Shown piece after piece: positions 56,564 to 64,000 of a stretch of DNA of 64,000 bases. Each line of letters begins with the position of its first letter. Positions within the stretch are counted from its first letter, which is position 1. The notes beneath the pieces were generated by a model. The model was not told where the DNA came from. It ran no database searches and saw only the letters and a program-made list of their open reading frames with translations. The stretch covers positions 32,001-96,000 of the IMG/VR virus record IMGVR_UViG_3300037851_000431. One strand, 5' to 3'. Made by a program: the position numbers and the translations under genes. The stretch comes from a virus.

Positions 56564-57154
56564 CTACCAACAGGATGTTGCTTCGATGGCTGCTGTAGCC
56601 TCTTCTAGATTTTCATTTCCACTTTGAATATAAGTTAGAAATTTGTTAAAATCGCTTTCTGAGCCATAAGGAAAGGCGTTTAGCCACCTAATTTGGTATT
56701 TTGTAGCTTCTGCGATATCTTTGGCTGCATTATGCGAGAGTATCCATGTTTCTCTGTAGCAGCTAGTAGGTTTGTGGGCGTCCAACCAGCGTGTATATGT
56801 AAGTGACTTATTACGCAATTGCTGCGCATAGTAGGCTGCCCCGGAAATATCGTAAATTTCAAGGGTGCTTGTAATATTTTCGAATAGAGGTTGTACATCA
56901 GAGCTATATTCAATTGTTCTACTAAGAAAATCCATAAATTTTCCCTGTCCAACATTAGGCGTTGGTTCAGGTGTAGGTACCGGCGTAATTTTTGGTGTAG
57001 GTGTAGGAGTTGGTGTGGGAGATGGGGTTGGAGTTAAAGTTGGTGTGGAGGTTGGTTCGGGAGTAACATAAATAATTTGTGGGGTAGGTGATGTACTTCC
57101 ACAGGCTGCCAATAGTAGTGTTACTACTACGACACTAGAGGCAACTTTTCTCAT
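56564..57154 (-). CDS. Lipoprotein with Pro-Thr linker
   Basis: Signal peptide with LAAC lipobox, (PT)n repeat, helical C-domain with two Cys. Confidence 0.85.
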   Translation of the reverse strand: MRKVASSVVVVTLLLAACGSTSPTPQIIYVTPEPTSTPTLTPTPSPTPTPTPTPKITPVPTPEPTPNVGQGKFMDFLSRTIEYSSDVQPLFENITSTLEIYDISGAAYYAQQLRNKSLTYTRWLDAHKPTSCYRETWILSHNAAKDIAEATKYQIRWLNAFPYGSESDFNKFLTYIQSGNENLEEATAAIEATSCW

Positions 57155-57381
57155 GATACATCAAAATATTTAAGAGCGGTTCTAATTAAAGCATCATAGT
57201 CGCCAGTCGTTGCTTCGGCAAAGAAGGCATCTCTTGCCTCTTTGGGAACCCCTGCACGACTCATGGCGCTCGTACAGCGGCCTAGGATGGCGAAAGCGTT
57301 ACCATCCTCACCAATTAGTTTTACTTTGATCTTGTCGCCATTCTTGTCTTTAATAATCTCTTCCAGATCACTCATTTCCAC
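57151..57381 (-). CDS. Small conserved phage protein
   Basis: LIGEDGNAFAILG...A-x2-GDYD-x-L motif. Confidence 0.75.
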   Translation of the reverse strand: MEMSDLEEIIKDKNGDKIKVKLIGEDGNAFAILGRCTSAMSRAGVPKEARDAFFAEATTGDYDALIRTALKYFDVS

Positions 57382-57491
57382 AATCCTGATGCAAGCATGA
57401 AGCCTATAAAAGCACCAACAAATAGTCCTGCCATAATAACCCCTATAAGAATAAGGGCTATAAATATGAGTATTAGCGTAATCTCAGCCAT
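57372..57491 (-). CDS. 39-aa membrane peptide (absent from ORF track)
   Basis: MAEITLILIFIALILIGVIMAGLFVGAFIGFMLASGLWK; TAATG/ATGA coupling. Confidence 0.65.
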   Translation of the reverse strand: MAEITLILIFIALILIGVIMAGLFVGAFIGFMLASGLWK

Positions 57492-57715
57492 TATTCACAG
57501 CGATGCTTATTAATATGACGGGCGCAAAAAGGTTTAATGCAATTGGGACAAGTTTCTTTTACAGAATAGTTACATCTAAATACATAAGAACGATCTTTTA
57601 CAAGAGATGAGCATTTTAGTGATACATGAATTTTATTAATTTTAGATTTTCCACAAAAAGGACATAGCCCCATACCACCTTTTGGGTAAGCATGGGGCTT
57701 TGTCTCTGTAAGCAT
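57491..57715 (-). CDS. Small Cys/His-rich Zn-finger protein
   Basis: CPFCG, CPNC-x3-FCARH-x3-H-x-C. Confidence 0.6.
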   Translation of the reverse strand: MLTETKPHAYPKGGMGLCPFCGKSKINKIHVSLKCSSLVKDRSYVFRCNYSVKETCPNCIKPFCARHINKHRCE

Positions 57716-57716
57716 T

Positions 57717-58343
57717 TTAATTCTTAAGCTTATTAAACTCTGTCTGAAGGTTTCTCAGGGATTTCTCCAGATGCTCGATGTATGGAACAACTAGAGCAAT
57801 CGTGGCAAACTTTTCATCATGTTTAAGATGAACAGCCTCATAAATTGCTGTCTCATCCACATCCATTCCTAGAGCCTTAAGCTCATCGACCATAATTCTT
57901 ACGGCTTCAATTCGGTGCATATAAGTCTTTGCAGACTTGGCCCAACCTTTGGCCTGTGCAAGAGACTCACTTTCGGTAGGAACAGGCTCAGGAGCAGGAA
58001 TATTAGGCTCTTGGTGATAAGTATTAAACTTCTCACCACGCATACTTTGATCTGCAATCAGAGCATTATAAGCTTCTCTGTACGGCTTGACCAATCTCCA
58101 ATAAGAGGCACGATCACCCTTACCGTTAGTATTGCTATACTGGTCACGACGAACATAAATGCCTTGATCGCGCATGACCTTCATCACGCGAACAACAACA
58201 TGATGCGGAACACCCGTAATCTCTGAAATTTTCTTTTGAGATGTACGGAATTCCTTACTTGTTCCAATGTAGCTATAAAGTTTCTTAAGAAAATCTTTTT
58301 CAAGAACAAGTGTAGTTTCCCGGTTTGTCACAGCCGTTGACAT
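57717..58343 (-). CDS. HTH-containing hypothetical protein
   Basis: SQKKISEITGVPHHVVVRVMKVMRDQG wHTH-like. Confidence 0.55.
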   Translation of the reverse strand: MSTAVTNRETTLVLEKDFLKKLYSYIGTSKEFRTSQKKISEITGVPHHVVVRVMKVMRDQGIYVRRDQYSNTNGKGDRASYWRLVKPYREAYNALIADQSMRGEKFNTYHQEPNIPAPEPVPTESESLAQAKGWAKSAKTYMHRIEAVRIMVDELKALGMDVDETAIYEAVHLKHDEKFATIALVVPYIEHLEKSLRNLQTEFNKLKN

Positions 58344-58807
58344 TATTTCTCCTTAGCAGTAAAAATCATCAAACCACTTCGCTCATCCCAAGCAACATTC
58401 ATGATATTTGACATATCAGGAAATTTAACTTTGGGAAGTTTGCGCCCTTCCTCTTCAGGAAGTTTTTCAGATTCCTCAAACTCTTTAAAGTTAAACCAGC
58501 CTCTTCCAAAACAAGTAAATACAACTTCTTTTCGTTCGCGGGAAAAGGTATAGGCAAAATCTGTTGTGCGGGAATTCTCCCAAGGCCACGGCCACCCCAT
58601 TTGAGGGTATGTTACATCATCGCGCCCTGAAAAGAAATCAACGAGAAATTTACGATAGGTTTCCTCGCTATCACAGTCGGTTAGATATTTAGTATTACCT
58701 TCTTTGTCCTTAATATACACCCCTTCGGGATAACCATCCCAAGCAATGGATGCGATCCAAACTAACTTGTCTTCTGTATCAAGATAAAAATCTGCCCTTG
58801 TACCCAT
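58343..58807 (-). CDS. Conserved phage protein (MGTR...DGYP family)
   Basis: MGTRADFY...WDGYPEG motif. Confidence 0.7.
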   Translation of the reverse strand: MGTRADFYLDTEDKLVWIASIAWDGYPEGVYIKDKEGNTKYLTDCDSEETYRKFLVDFFSGRDDVTYPQMGWPWPWENSRTTDFAYTFSRERKEVVFTCFGRGWFNFKEFEESEKLPEEEGRKLPKVKFPDMSNIMNVAWDERSGLMIFTAKEK

Positions 58808-58810
58808 TTA

Positions 58811-58891
58811 TTACCACTCGTCATCATCTAGATCAATTCTGAATAGTCCAATTAATAGGACTAAACAAAAGATAAACGCAAAGAATTCCAT
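58811..58891 (-). CDS. 26-aa membrane peptide (absent from ORF track)
   Basis: MEFFAFIFCLVLLIGLFRIDLDDDEW; GGTGA SD. Confidence 0.55.
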   Translation of the reverse strand: MEFFAFIFCLVLLIGLFRIDLDDDEW

Positions 58892-58907
58892 ATATCACCA
58901 AATAAAC

Positions 58908-58960
58908 TCAGCCCGATAGATCATACAACATTTTCTTTATTGTACAATCTATCGGGCTGA
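58908..58960 (-). terminator. Long hairpin (terminator or processing site)
   Basis: TCAGCCCGATAGAT/ATCTATCGGGCTGA 14-bp perfect stem. Confidence 0.7.
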
Positions 58961-59000
58961 AATTTTAGTTACAAGTTAGAGGGAACCGGACCCGGTATAT

Positions 59001-59573
59001 TCACTTGCTTGAAAGTGTATTCTTGATAAGTGCCTGAAGACGCTCCAACTCGTCGGAGTTAACATCCTTAAGCACAGTCTCATCCAATTCGGAAAGGTTA
59101 TCCAGCCGGAACACCTTCCGCTTGGGACCACGCCGAGTCTTGACACCAAGAGTGCCCTTATACCCAGCAACCGCTGAACGAACATAAGCGGGAGCCTTTG
59201 CGGTGCCCTCTTCCACAGACCCACGGAAATACTGAACCATAAAGTTAGTCATTTCCTGTGAGTTAGCGAAATCATCGGGAGGATTACCATTGATCCAGAG
59301 GATCGCAGGGAACAACTCCACGCGCCGGTCACGCTTAGAAATATCGGTGATAATCTGCTCAGGATCGTAACCGTCCTTAACGGTAAATCCTTCAGCGATA
59401 ACACCCTCCGGGGTCACAGCCCAATTCTGCACACGCCCGCCGAAAAAGTGGTAAATACCCTTCCATGCGGCGAGAACAGATTTAGACTGCTCCGGGGTAA
59501 GAATAAGGGGATCAGCAATCGGAAGCATAATCTCTTCCATAACTGTATCCGTATCAGTCTTGCGAGTAGCCAT
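59001..59573 (-). CDS. First gene of left early arm, hypothetical
   Basis: AAGGA SD, two strong promoters upstream. Confidence 0.75.
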   Translation of the reverse strand: MATRKTDTDTVMEEIMLPIADPLILTPEQSKSVLAAWKGIYHFFGGRVQNWAVTPEGVIAEGFTVKDGYDPEQIITDISKRDRRVELFPAILWINGNPPDDFANSQEMTNFMVQYFRGSVEEGTAKAPAYVRSAVAGYKGTLGVKTRRGPKRKVFRLDNLSELDETVLKDVNSDELERLQALIKNTLSSK

Positions 59574-59642
59574 CGAAAAGTAGTTTCCTTTCTTTCACTA
59601 CCCGGTCCCGGTTCCATCTTCACTTGTTAAGGTTCGTAGCCT

Positions 59643-59671
59643 AGTCTAGCACCAAAACGAACCAATGTCAA
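59643..59671 (-). promoter_or_regulatory. Early promoter L1
   Basis: TTGACA-17 nt-TAGACT with TGc extension. Confidence 0.85.
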
Positions 59672-59766
59672 GCGTCTACAAAAAATTGTGGCCTACTATT
59701 TTGAAGCCATCTTTTATATTAGACTTGCTAGGTTCGTCGCGGCTCGTCAACCGGCCCGTCTAGGGT

Positions 59767-59795
59767 ACTCTAGCACACAACCCGAGCCGTGTCAA
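59767..59795 (-). promoter_or_regulatory. Early promoter L2
   Basis: TTGACA-17 nt-TAGAGT with TGc extension and upstream A/T tracts. Confidence 0.85.
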
Positions 59796-60108
59796 GCCCT
59801 AAGAATAAAAAACTTTTTTATGTAGATCACTTTTGTACTTCTTTGTTCCGTACTTTGTTGATCGAATTTCATCCGGTGGCCTGTTACTCACCGAAATTCT
59901 GGATTTTAGAACCTAAAATAAATCCAATTTCATGCTCCCATAAAGAGGAATTTTAGCCACCCATTTACAGGGATTTTGGAGCCGAAAACCTAGGATGCGT
60001 GCCCCATATAAGCTGCACGCGCGAGCAGCTATATCACGCGCGAGGGGTTTTTTCGTACCGAATTTTGGGTTCCTTTAGAGCGTTTTCAAAAAAACCCCTT
60101 TTTGGGGC

Positions 60109-60137
60109 TTGACAGGGTGTGCCCGGTGTGCTATGCT
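60109..60137 (+). promoter_or_regulatory. Early promoter R1
   Basis: TTGACA-17 nt-TATGCT with TGc extension and upstream A/T tracts. Confidence 0.85.
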
Positions 60138-60199
60138 CTTAGCAGAGGTTAGTTGAACATATAAATCACAATCCGTATAGATGAAAGGTAAGTGAATAT

Positions 60200-60826
60200 A
60201 TGAGCCTCGATGTTTCGGCTTTGCTTGCCGAAGCAAAAGCCCTTGGTATGTATGAGGAAGCAAAGCCTCGTAAAAGGGCAATTACCATCAGGCGATATAA
60301 TGTCACAGTAGATGGTAAAATCGTAGCCCAATTCTGCACCATAAACGATGTGCGAACGCTTCGTCAACATTATCGGGAGCAAGGAAAGTCAATTGTAATT
60401 GATGAGGTTTACACCCTCGATGGAAATTACAAAGACATTTCTAATCTCCCTCCCGCTGATCTTCCCAAAGTCGGAAAATATTCGGTAGCAGAAATCAAGG
60501 GCATTCAAAACTTCGCAACCCCCACAATTACGGAGCAAAAAGAAAAGTCAAAGCGCCGGAACAAGAGAAATCAGCAAAAGGTAGTCTGTACTACCAGAGT
60601 CATCGAAAACCCTTGGCGAAATCCTAACTCTTCTCTTCATAAGGAATATATGAAAGGAGTGATAAGGGACGGGTTTATCGTAACTCATAAGGAAAGCGGA
60701 CAAATCCTCTTTTGGGGGCAAAGAAAGGAAGTCATTGACTATCTGAAGGATTATTCAGGAGACATTAGCCAAATCAAATGTCTCTCCTTTACAAAGCAAG
60801 CACAAAAGAAATACGGGCTAATGTAA
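60200..60826 (+). CDS. First gene of right early arm, basic hypothetical protein
   Basis: Long ORF after promoter R1. Confidence 0.7.
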   Translation: MSLDVSALLAEAKALGMYEEAKPRKRAITIRRYNVTVDGKIVAQFCTINDVRTLRQHYREQGKSIVIDEVYTLDGNYKDISNLPPADLPKVGKYSVAEIKGIQNFATPTITEQKEKSKRRNKRNQQKVVCTTRVIENPWRNPNSSLHKEYMKGVIRDGFIVTHKESGQILFWGQRKEVIDYLKDYSGDISQIKCLSFTKQAQKKYGLM

Positions 60827-60834
60827 AAAATGGA

Positions 60835-60864
60835 TGGACAAGCAGACCGCGTTTCTGCTATAAT
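60835..60864 (+). promoter_or_regulatory. Early promoter R2
   Basis: TGGACA-18 nt-TATAAT with TGc extension. Confidence 0.7.
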
Positions 60865-60937
60865 TGGGGTAGCCATCGTGGTATTACTTATCACGATGGT
60901 TGCCCTAAAGTTTATCTCAGGGCAATGGAGTTTCTAA

Positions 60938-61330
60938 ATGCCGAAGATTGTAGTGGATAGAATTTGGATTGGCACAGATCAAGATGATGAGGATGATCCT
61001 GCCAATTGGAAAGAATTATCTATTCCGGCAAAGTATGAAGTTTGTCCTGATTGTGAAGGTGAGGGTACATCAAGTGCCTATCTTGGAGCCTTTACTTGGG
61101 ATCAAATCGATGAATTAGGAGATGACTTTAGGGAAGACTATTTTGCTGGTCGATATGATAGGTTGTGCGAAACCTGTAAAGGGGAGCGAGTAGTCCCTAT
61201 CCCCGATAGAGAAAATGCCGATCCTGAAATTCTCAAAATGTATGATGAAATTCAGGATGAGGAGAGACAAAGCGAACAAATGCATCGAATGGAGATGCAA
61301 GCCGAATACGGCCCCGATTATATGTGGTAA
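60938..61330 (+). CDS. Acidic protein with DnaJ-like CxxCxGxG motifs
   Basis: VCPDCEGEG...CETCKGER. Confidence 0.7.
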   Translation: MPKIVVDRIWIGTDQDDEDDPANWKELSIPAKYEVCPDCEGEGTSSAYLGAFTWDQIDELGDDFREDYFAGRYDRLCETCKGERVVPIPDRENADPEILKMYDEIQDEERQSEQMHRMEMQAEYGPDYMW

Positions 61331-61336
61331 GGAAAA

Positions 61337-61582
61337 ATGACACAGGGAATTTTTATCAACTACCGAAGGCCCAAGTCAAAGAAGGAGGTCATTGAAGCAG
61401 TCAAGACTAATCCTGAAAGTGTTAGTCTTGAAGCAACATCATTCTTTGGCAATGAGTATGACGGTCCAATCACAGAAATGCCTGAGAATAAGATGGTGTT
61501 TGTGGTTGGTCCCGATCCTGCTACTAAGCGTAATTTCTATCTCAATGTAACCCGTGTGGGTAACAAGTTTACTGTAAAGTAA
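61337..61582 (+). CDS. Small hypothetical protein
   Basis: TAAGGA SD; KSKK...TSFFG-x-EY...VVGP motif. Confidence 0.7.
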   Translation: MTQGIFINYRRPKSKKEVIEAVKTNPESVSLEATSFFGNEYDGPITEMPENKMVFVVGPDPATKRNFYLNVTRVGNKFTVK

Positions 61583-61596
61583 AGAAAGGTTGGGAA

Positions 61597-61989
61597 ATGG
61601 AAGCCGAAAAGCCTGAGTGCCGTCACTACTCAATCAAGGATGAGGAAGGTGTTTCGTATTGCCGCGATTGCCTTCTTATCCATATCCCCGAAAAGTTTTG
61701 GTACGGCGAAATCAAGATCGGTCAGCTTTCGAATAGGTTCGAACATACTACGGTCGATTTCGATTTCAAAGACCTGATCGAATTGCAGCTTGGTACATCC
61801 GTTGAGTTGACGAATATTATCAAGACTGAAAAGTCTGATCGCTATTGGGCACAGTCTTATATCGTTTGGTATAAGATTGGACGATCAGAAATGTCTGCTA
61901 GTGTTGACGATCTAACCCGTGGTACTCGATATAACCCGACTAACAGGTTCTACGAGCCTAAGTTGGAAGTGGTCGAGGAAACCACCTAA
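61597..61989 (+). CDS. Hypothetical protein
   Basis: ORF with SD; N-terminal C-x-H...C-x2-C. Confidence 0.6.
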   Translation: MEAEKPECRHYSIKDEEGVSYCRDCLLIHIPEKFWYGEIKIGQLSNRFEHTTVDFDFKDLIELQLGTSVELTNIIKTEKSDRYWAQSYIVWYKIGRSEMSASVDDLTRGTRYNPTNRFYEPKLEVVEETT

Positions 61990-62044
61990 ATTTGGGGGAG
62001 CCGCGATCTTACAGTAAAGGAGGTGAAAAGCAATCTATATTGTA

Positions 62045-62167
62045 ATGAAATGCGGCTCCTGTCCTGAAAAGCAGTATTTCGGTAAACTTGTCGAAAAGGG
62101 CAAGGAAAATACTGCTAAGTGCCCTAACTGCGGGCACAAACTTATCGTCGTGGCAAACGATAAGTAA
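62045..62167 (+). CDS. 40-aa Zn-ribbon microprotein (absent from ORF track; alternative in-frame ATC start 62033)
   Basis: MKCGSCPEKQYFGKLVEKGKENTAKCPNCGHKLIVVANDK; AAAGGAGGTGA SD at 62016-62026. Confidence 0.75.
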   Translation: MKCGSCPEKQYFGKLVEKGKENTAKCPNCGHKLIVVANDK

Positions 62168-62169
62168 CT

Positions 62170-62794
62170 ACATAATGGCGAAGGTTAGGTTGGCTAGACC
62201 TAATCTATTCGATGCCCCGAGAATTATGCCTGTGACGACAGGCTTTGGGGATAGCCCATCGAATAGGAAGCCGAAAACTGAGCCTTAGGCTTAGGGTTTC
62301 GGGCCAGATTTATTAGGCTAGGATACGAGAAAGTACGATCTGGTGCAAGTATCGTCGTATAAATGCCTAGCGAGTCGGTCAATGCGTAAACCGACATTAT
62401 TAATAAATTATGTGTTGAGTAGAGAACAACACGAAGCAGTACTATAAGGCTCTGATCGATCCATCCTTATACCTGTGGATATGGCCTACCGGACACATAA
62501 TTTAGAGTACGCTACTGGTAGAATTACTGGTCATGAACAGAGAAGAGCCAGTCTCAATGCGTATACTGTGGATTATGAAGTGATATCCATATTAAAGTCT
62601 AAGAGTACGATAGGTTCCTTTGGCGTAGTCAATAGATAGGGTAGCGAGCTGCAAATCGTCCTATCGAAAAGAACCTCACAATGCGTACACTGCCCGATCA
62701 ATTATGTGATATCGGGCATCCGAATTATAAAGGCTTCCAGCGGGCAGTATTATATTTTATTTTAATCCAAACACTGCCCGCTAGAGTCCTTTAT
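62170..62794 (+). ncRNA. Candidate large structured ncRNA / leader with repeated CAATGCGTA motif
   Basis: No credible ORF over ~630 nt; more than ten back-to-back stems; motif at 62380, 62555, 62679. Confidence 0.6.
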
Positions 62795-62805
62795 TAGAGG
62801 TTAGT

Positions 62806-63156
62806 ATGTACCGACGAATTCAACTAATTAATCACTACGATCCTAAGAAACATGAACACGAACAAAACGACTTCATCCATGGGTTGATGGGTATTTGTAA
62901 TAGTGTTGAGATTGCAGATGCGTGGACCTATAAATTGCGCGGTTCAAATCACGCTCTACCCACCAATGCACGATTTTATTTTACAGAGAAGGGTTGGAAG
63001 GAAGTTGGACGAGAAGTAATTGCCGCTTGTCAGCGATCAGGTCAAGACTATAGAGTTATTAAAGTCAAAGAGACTGACGCGCAAGTTGTTTGGCGAGATA
63101 AGTATACTGAATATGAAGTTGCTATCCAGCCTAAAAGAAAGGTAAGTAAGAAGTAG
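62806..63156 (+). CDS. Hypothetical protein
   Basis: GAGGT SD; RFYFTEKGW motif. Confidence 0.7.
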   Translation: MYRRIQLINHYDPKKHEHEQNDFIHGLMGICNSVEIADAWTYKLRGSNHALPTNARFYFTEKGWKEVGREVIAACQRSGQDYRVIKVKETDAQVVWRDKYTEYEVAIQPKRKVSKK

Positions 63157-63456
63157 ATGAAGCGCGGAATTCCCGTCACATTTTCTACTTGCCGCAAAGA
63201 GCATGGCAAGTGTGATATTTGCTTGCAACCCATCAAACCCGGTGAAAAGTATATTCGGGTTGTTATTCCCCCGTGGGAAAGTGAGATAGAATTCGTATTC
63301 AACGATTTTGGGCAAATTATTAATTCTTGGTACATTAACTCCCACAAATGGGAAGTCCATGAAACTCACGAAAAGTGCGAGAAATGGCGCGCAGAAGAGA
63401 TGCGCGAAGCCGAGATGGATTTGGAGTGGGAAACTCCCTTGGAGTATGATTACTAA
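63157..63456 (+). CDS. Zn-finger protein
   Basis: RKEH-x2-CDIC-x2-PIKPGEKY...HEKC. Confidence 0.7.
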   Translation: MKRGIPVTFSTCRKEHGKCDICLQPIKPGEKYIRVVIPPWESEIEFVFNDFGQIINSWYINSHKWEVHETHEKCEKWRAEEMREAEMDLEWETPLEYDY

Positions 63457-63791
63457 TGTCTAGGCATCTTTTTGCTCCGGGTGAAACAGTTTCTTATTGT
63501 GGTGTGGCAACAATCGAGTCCAATGCTAGGTGGAAGAATAGCGAAATCATTTGCTATTCTTGTGCTAATAGGCGTCTGGATAAAACGCTATACTCCACAA
63601 GAAGGTTAATCAAGACATTTTACTGGCAGAGTAACCGACAGTGGGGACTGCAAACTAAACTTGCAAAACTGTTTGGTATCTCGCGCCAGCGGGTTCACCA
63701 AATTGTCTATGATCCTGATATTAAAGTCTTTGACGTGGAGATTTCGCTTGTTGAACTGAAAGAAGCGAAAGAAAAGGAATGGAAGACATAA
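63456..63791 (+). CDS. Protein with C-terminal HTH
   Basis: QTKLAKLFGISRQRVHQIV. Confidence 0.7.
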   Translation: MSRHLFAPGETVSYCGVATIESNARWKNSEIICYSCANRRLDKTLYSTRRLIKTFYWQSNRQWGLQTKLAKLFGISRQRVHQIVYDPDIKVFDVEISLVELKEAKEKEWKT

Positions 63792-63877
63792 TGTTAGTAG
63801 AAATGACAGGTGTTATTTGGGTAATTACTTTAGTAGTTTTTGCCTTTACTATGATTTGGATGGAACTTCATAGATGA
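63791..63877 (+). CDS. 28-aa membrane peptide (absent from ORF track)
   Basis: MLVEMTGVIWVITLVVFAFTMIWMELHR; TAATG/ATGA coupling. Confidence 0.55.
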   Translation: MLVEMTGVIWVITLVVFAFTMIWMELHR

Positions 63878-64000
63878 ATACCCCTTATATTGGTTTTGGT
63901 AATGATACGTTAAATAAACTGCCCGAAGTAAAGATTGGGGATTCTTTTCAATGTCCAGATTGTAACCAAATTCATTGGCTACGGGGCGATGATAATGGCG
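63874..64000 (+). CDS. Partial ORF running off the window
   Basis: MNTPYIGFGND...CPDC-x3-H, open to window end. Confidence 0.55.
   Translation, partial: MNTPYIGFGNDTLNKLPEVKIGDSFQCPDCNQIHWLRGDDNG

Noticed and set aside
62088-62288. Track ORF of 66 aa
   Set aside because: TTG start without SD; overlaps the better-supported Zn-ribbon ORF in another frame and runs into the structured region
62338-62360. CTGGTGCAAGT as a twister-sister ribozyme loop
   Set aside because: Flanks do not form the closing stem expected for that loop and I could not fit the rest of the fold; kept only as a motif within the larger RNA
62380-62692. CRISPR mini-array
   Set aside because: Repeat units are only 9-14 nt with irregular spacing (175 and 124 nt), unlike CRISPR repeats and spacers
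10785-63157. Genome-wide TAG recoding (alternative genetic code)
   Set aside because: Genes are long and intact in the standard code, several TAG stops are followed by clear SD/start pairs, and no CTA-anticodon tRNA is in the window

Overview
About 64 kb of an AT-rich tailed dsDNA bacteriophage genome with siphovirus-type gene order; sigma70-type promoters and AGGAGG Shine-Dalgarno (SD) sites point to a bacterial host. Left to right: an 11-tRNA cluster interleaved with an HNH nuclease and two DNA methyltransferases (1.3-4.4 kb); packaging and head genes (TerS, TerL, portal, protease/scaffold, capsid) with two glycosyltransferases among the neck genes; a tail module (major tail protein, frameshifted chaperones, 1710-aa tape measure, Dit, a 3047-aa multi-lectin adhesin carrying a second Dit-like domain, a Tal-like hub, three paralogous tip proteins); more glycosyltransferases and a C39-peptidase/holin lysis pair; a replication/nucleotide module (SSB, DnaB, PD-(D/E)xK nucleases, deaminase, two dNMP-kinase paralogs, 3'-5' exonuclease); and two divergent early arms (RuvB-like ATPase, lipoprotein, many small ORFs) driven by near-consensus promoters at 59.6-60.1 kb. 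I recognised no integrase, DNA polymerase, reverse transcriptase or CRISPR array. Most notable: a ~630-nt highly structured non-coding region with a thrice-repeated CAATGCGTA motif behind a hidden Zn-ribbon microprotein (62.0-62.8 kb); the giant adhesin architecture; a five-gene putative virion glycosylation set; strong CCWGG avoidance; and tRNAs with systematically altered anticodon arms, some nested in coding sequences. All functional calls come from motif recognition and gene order by eye, not from database searches.
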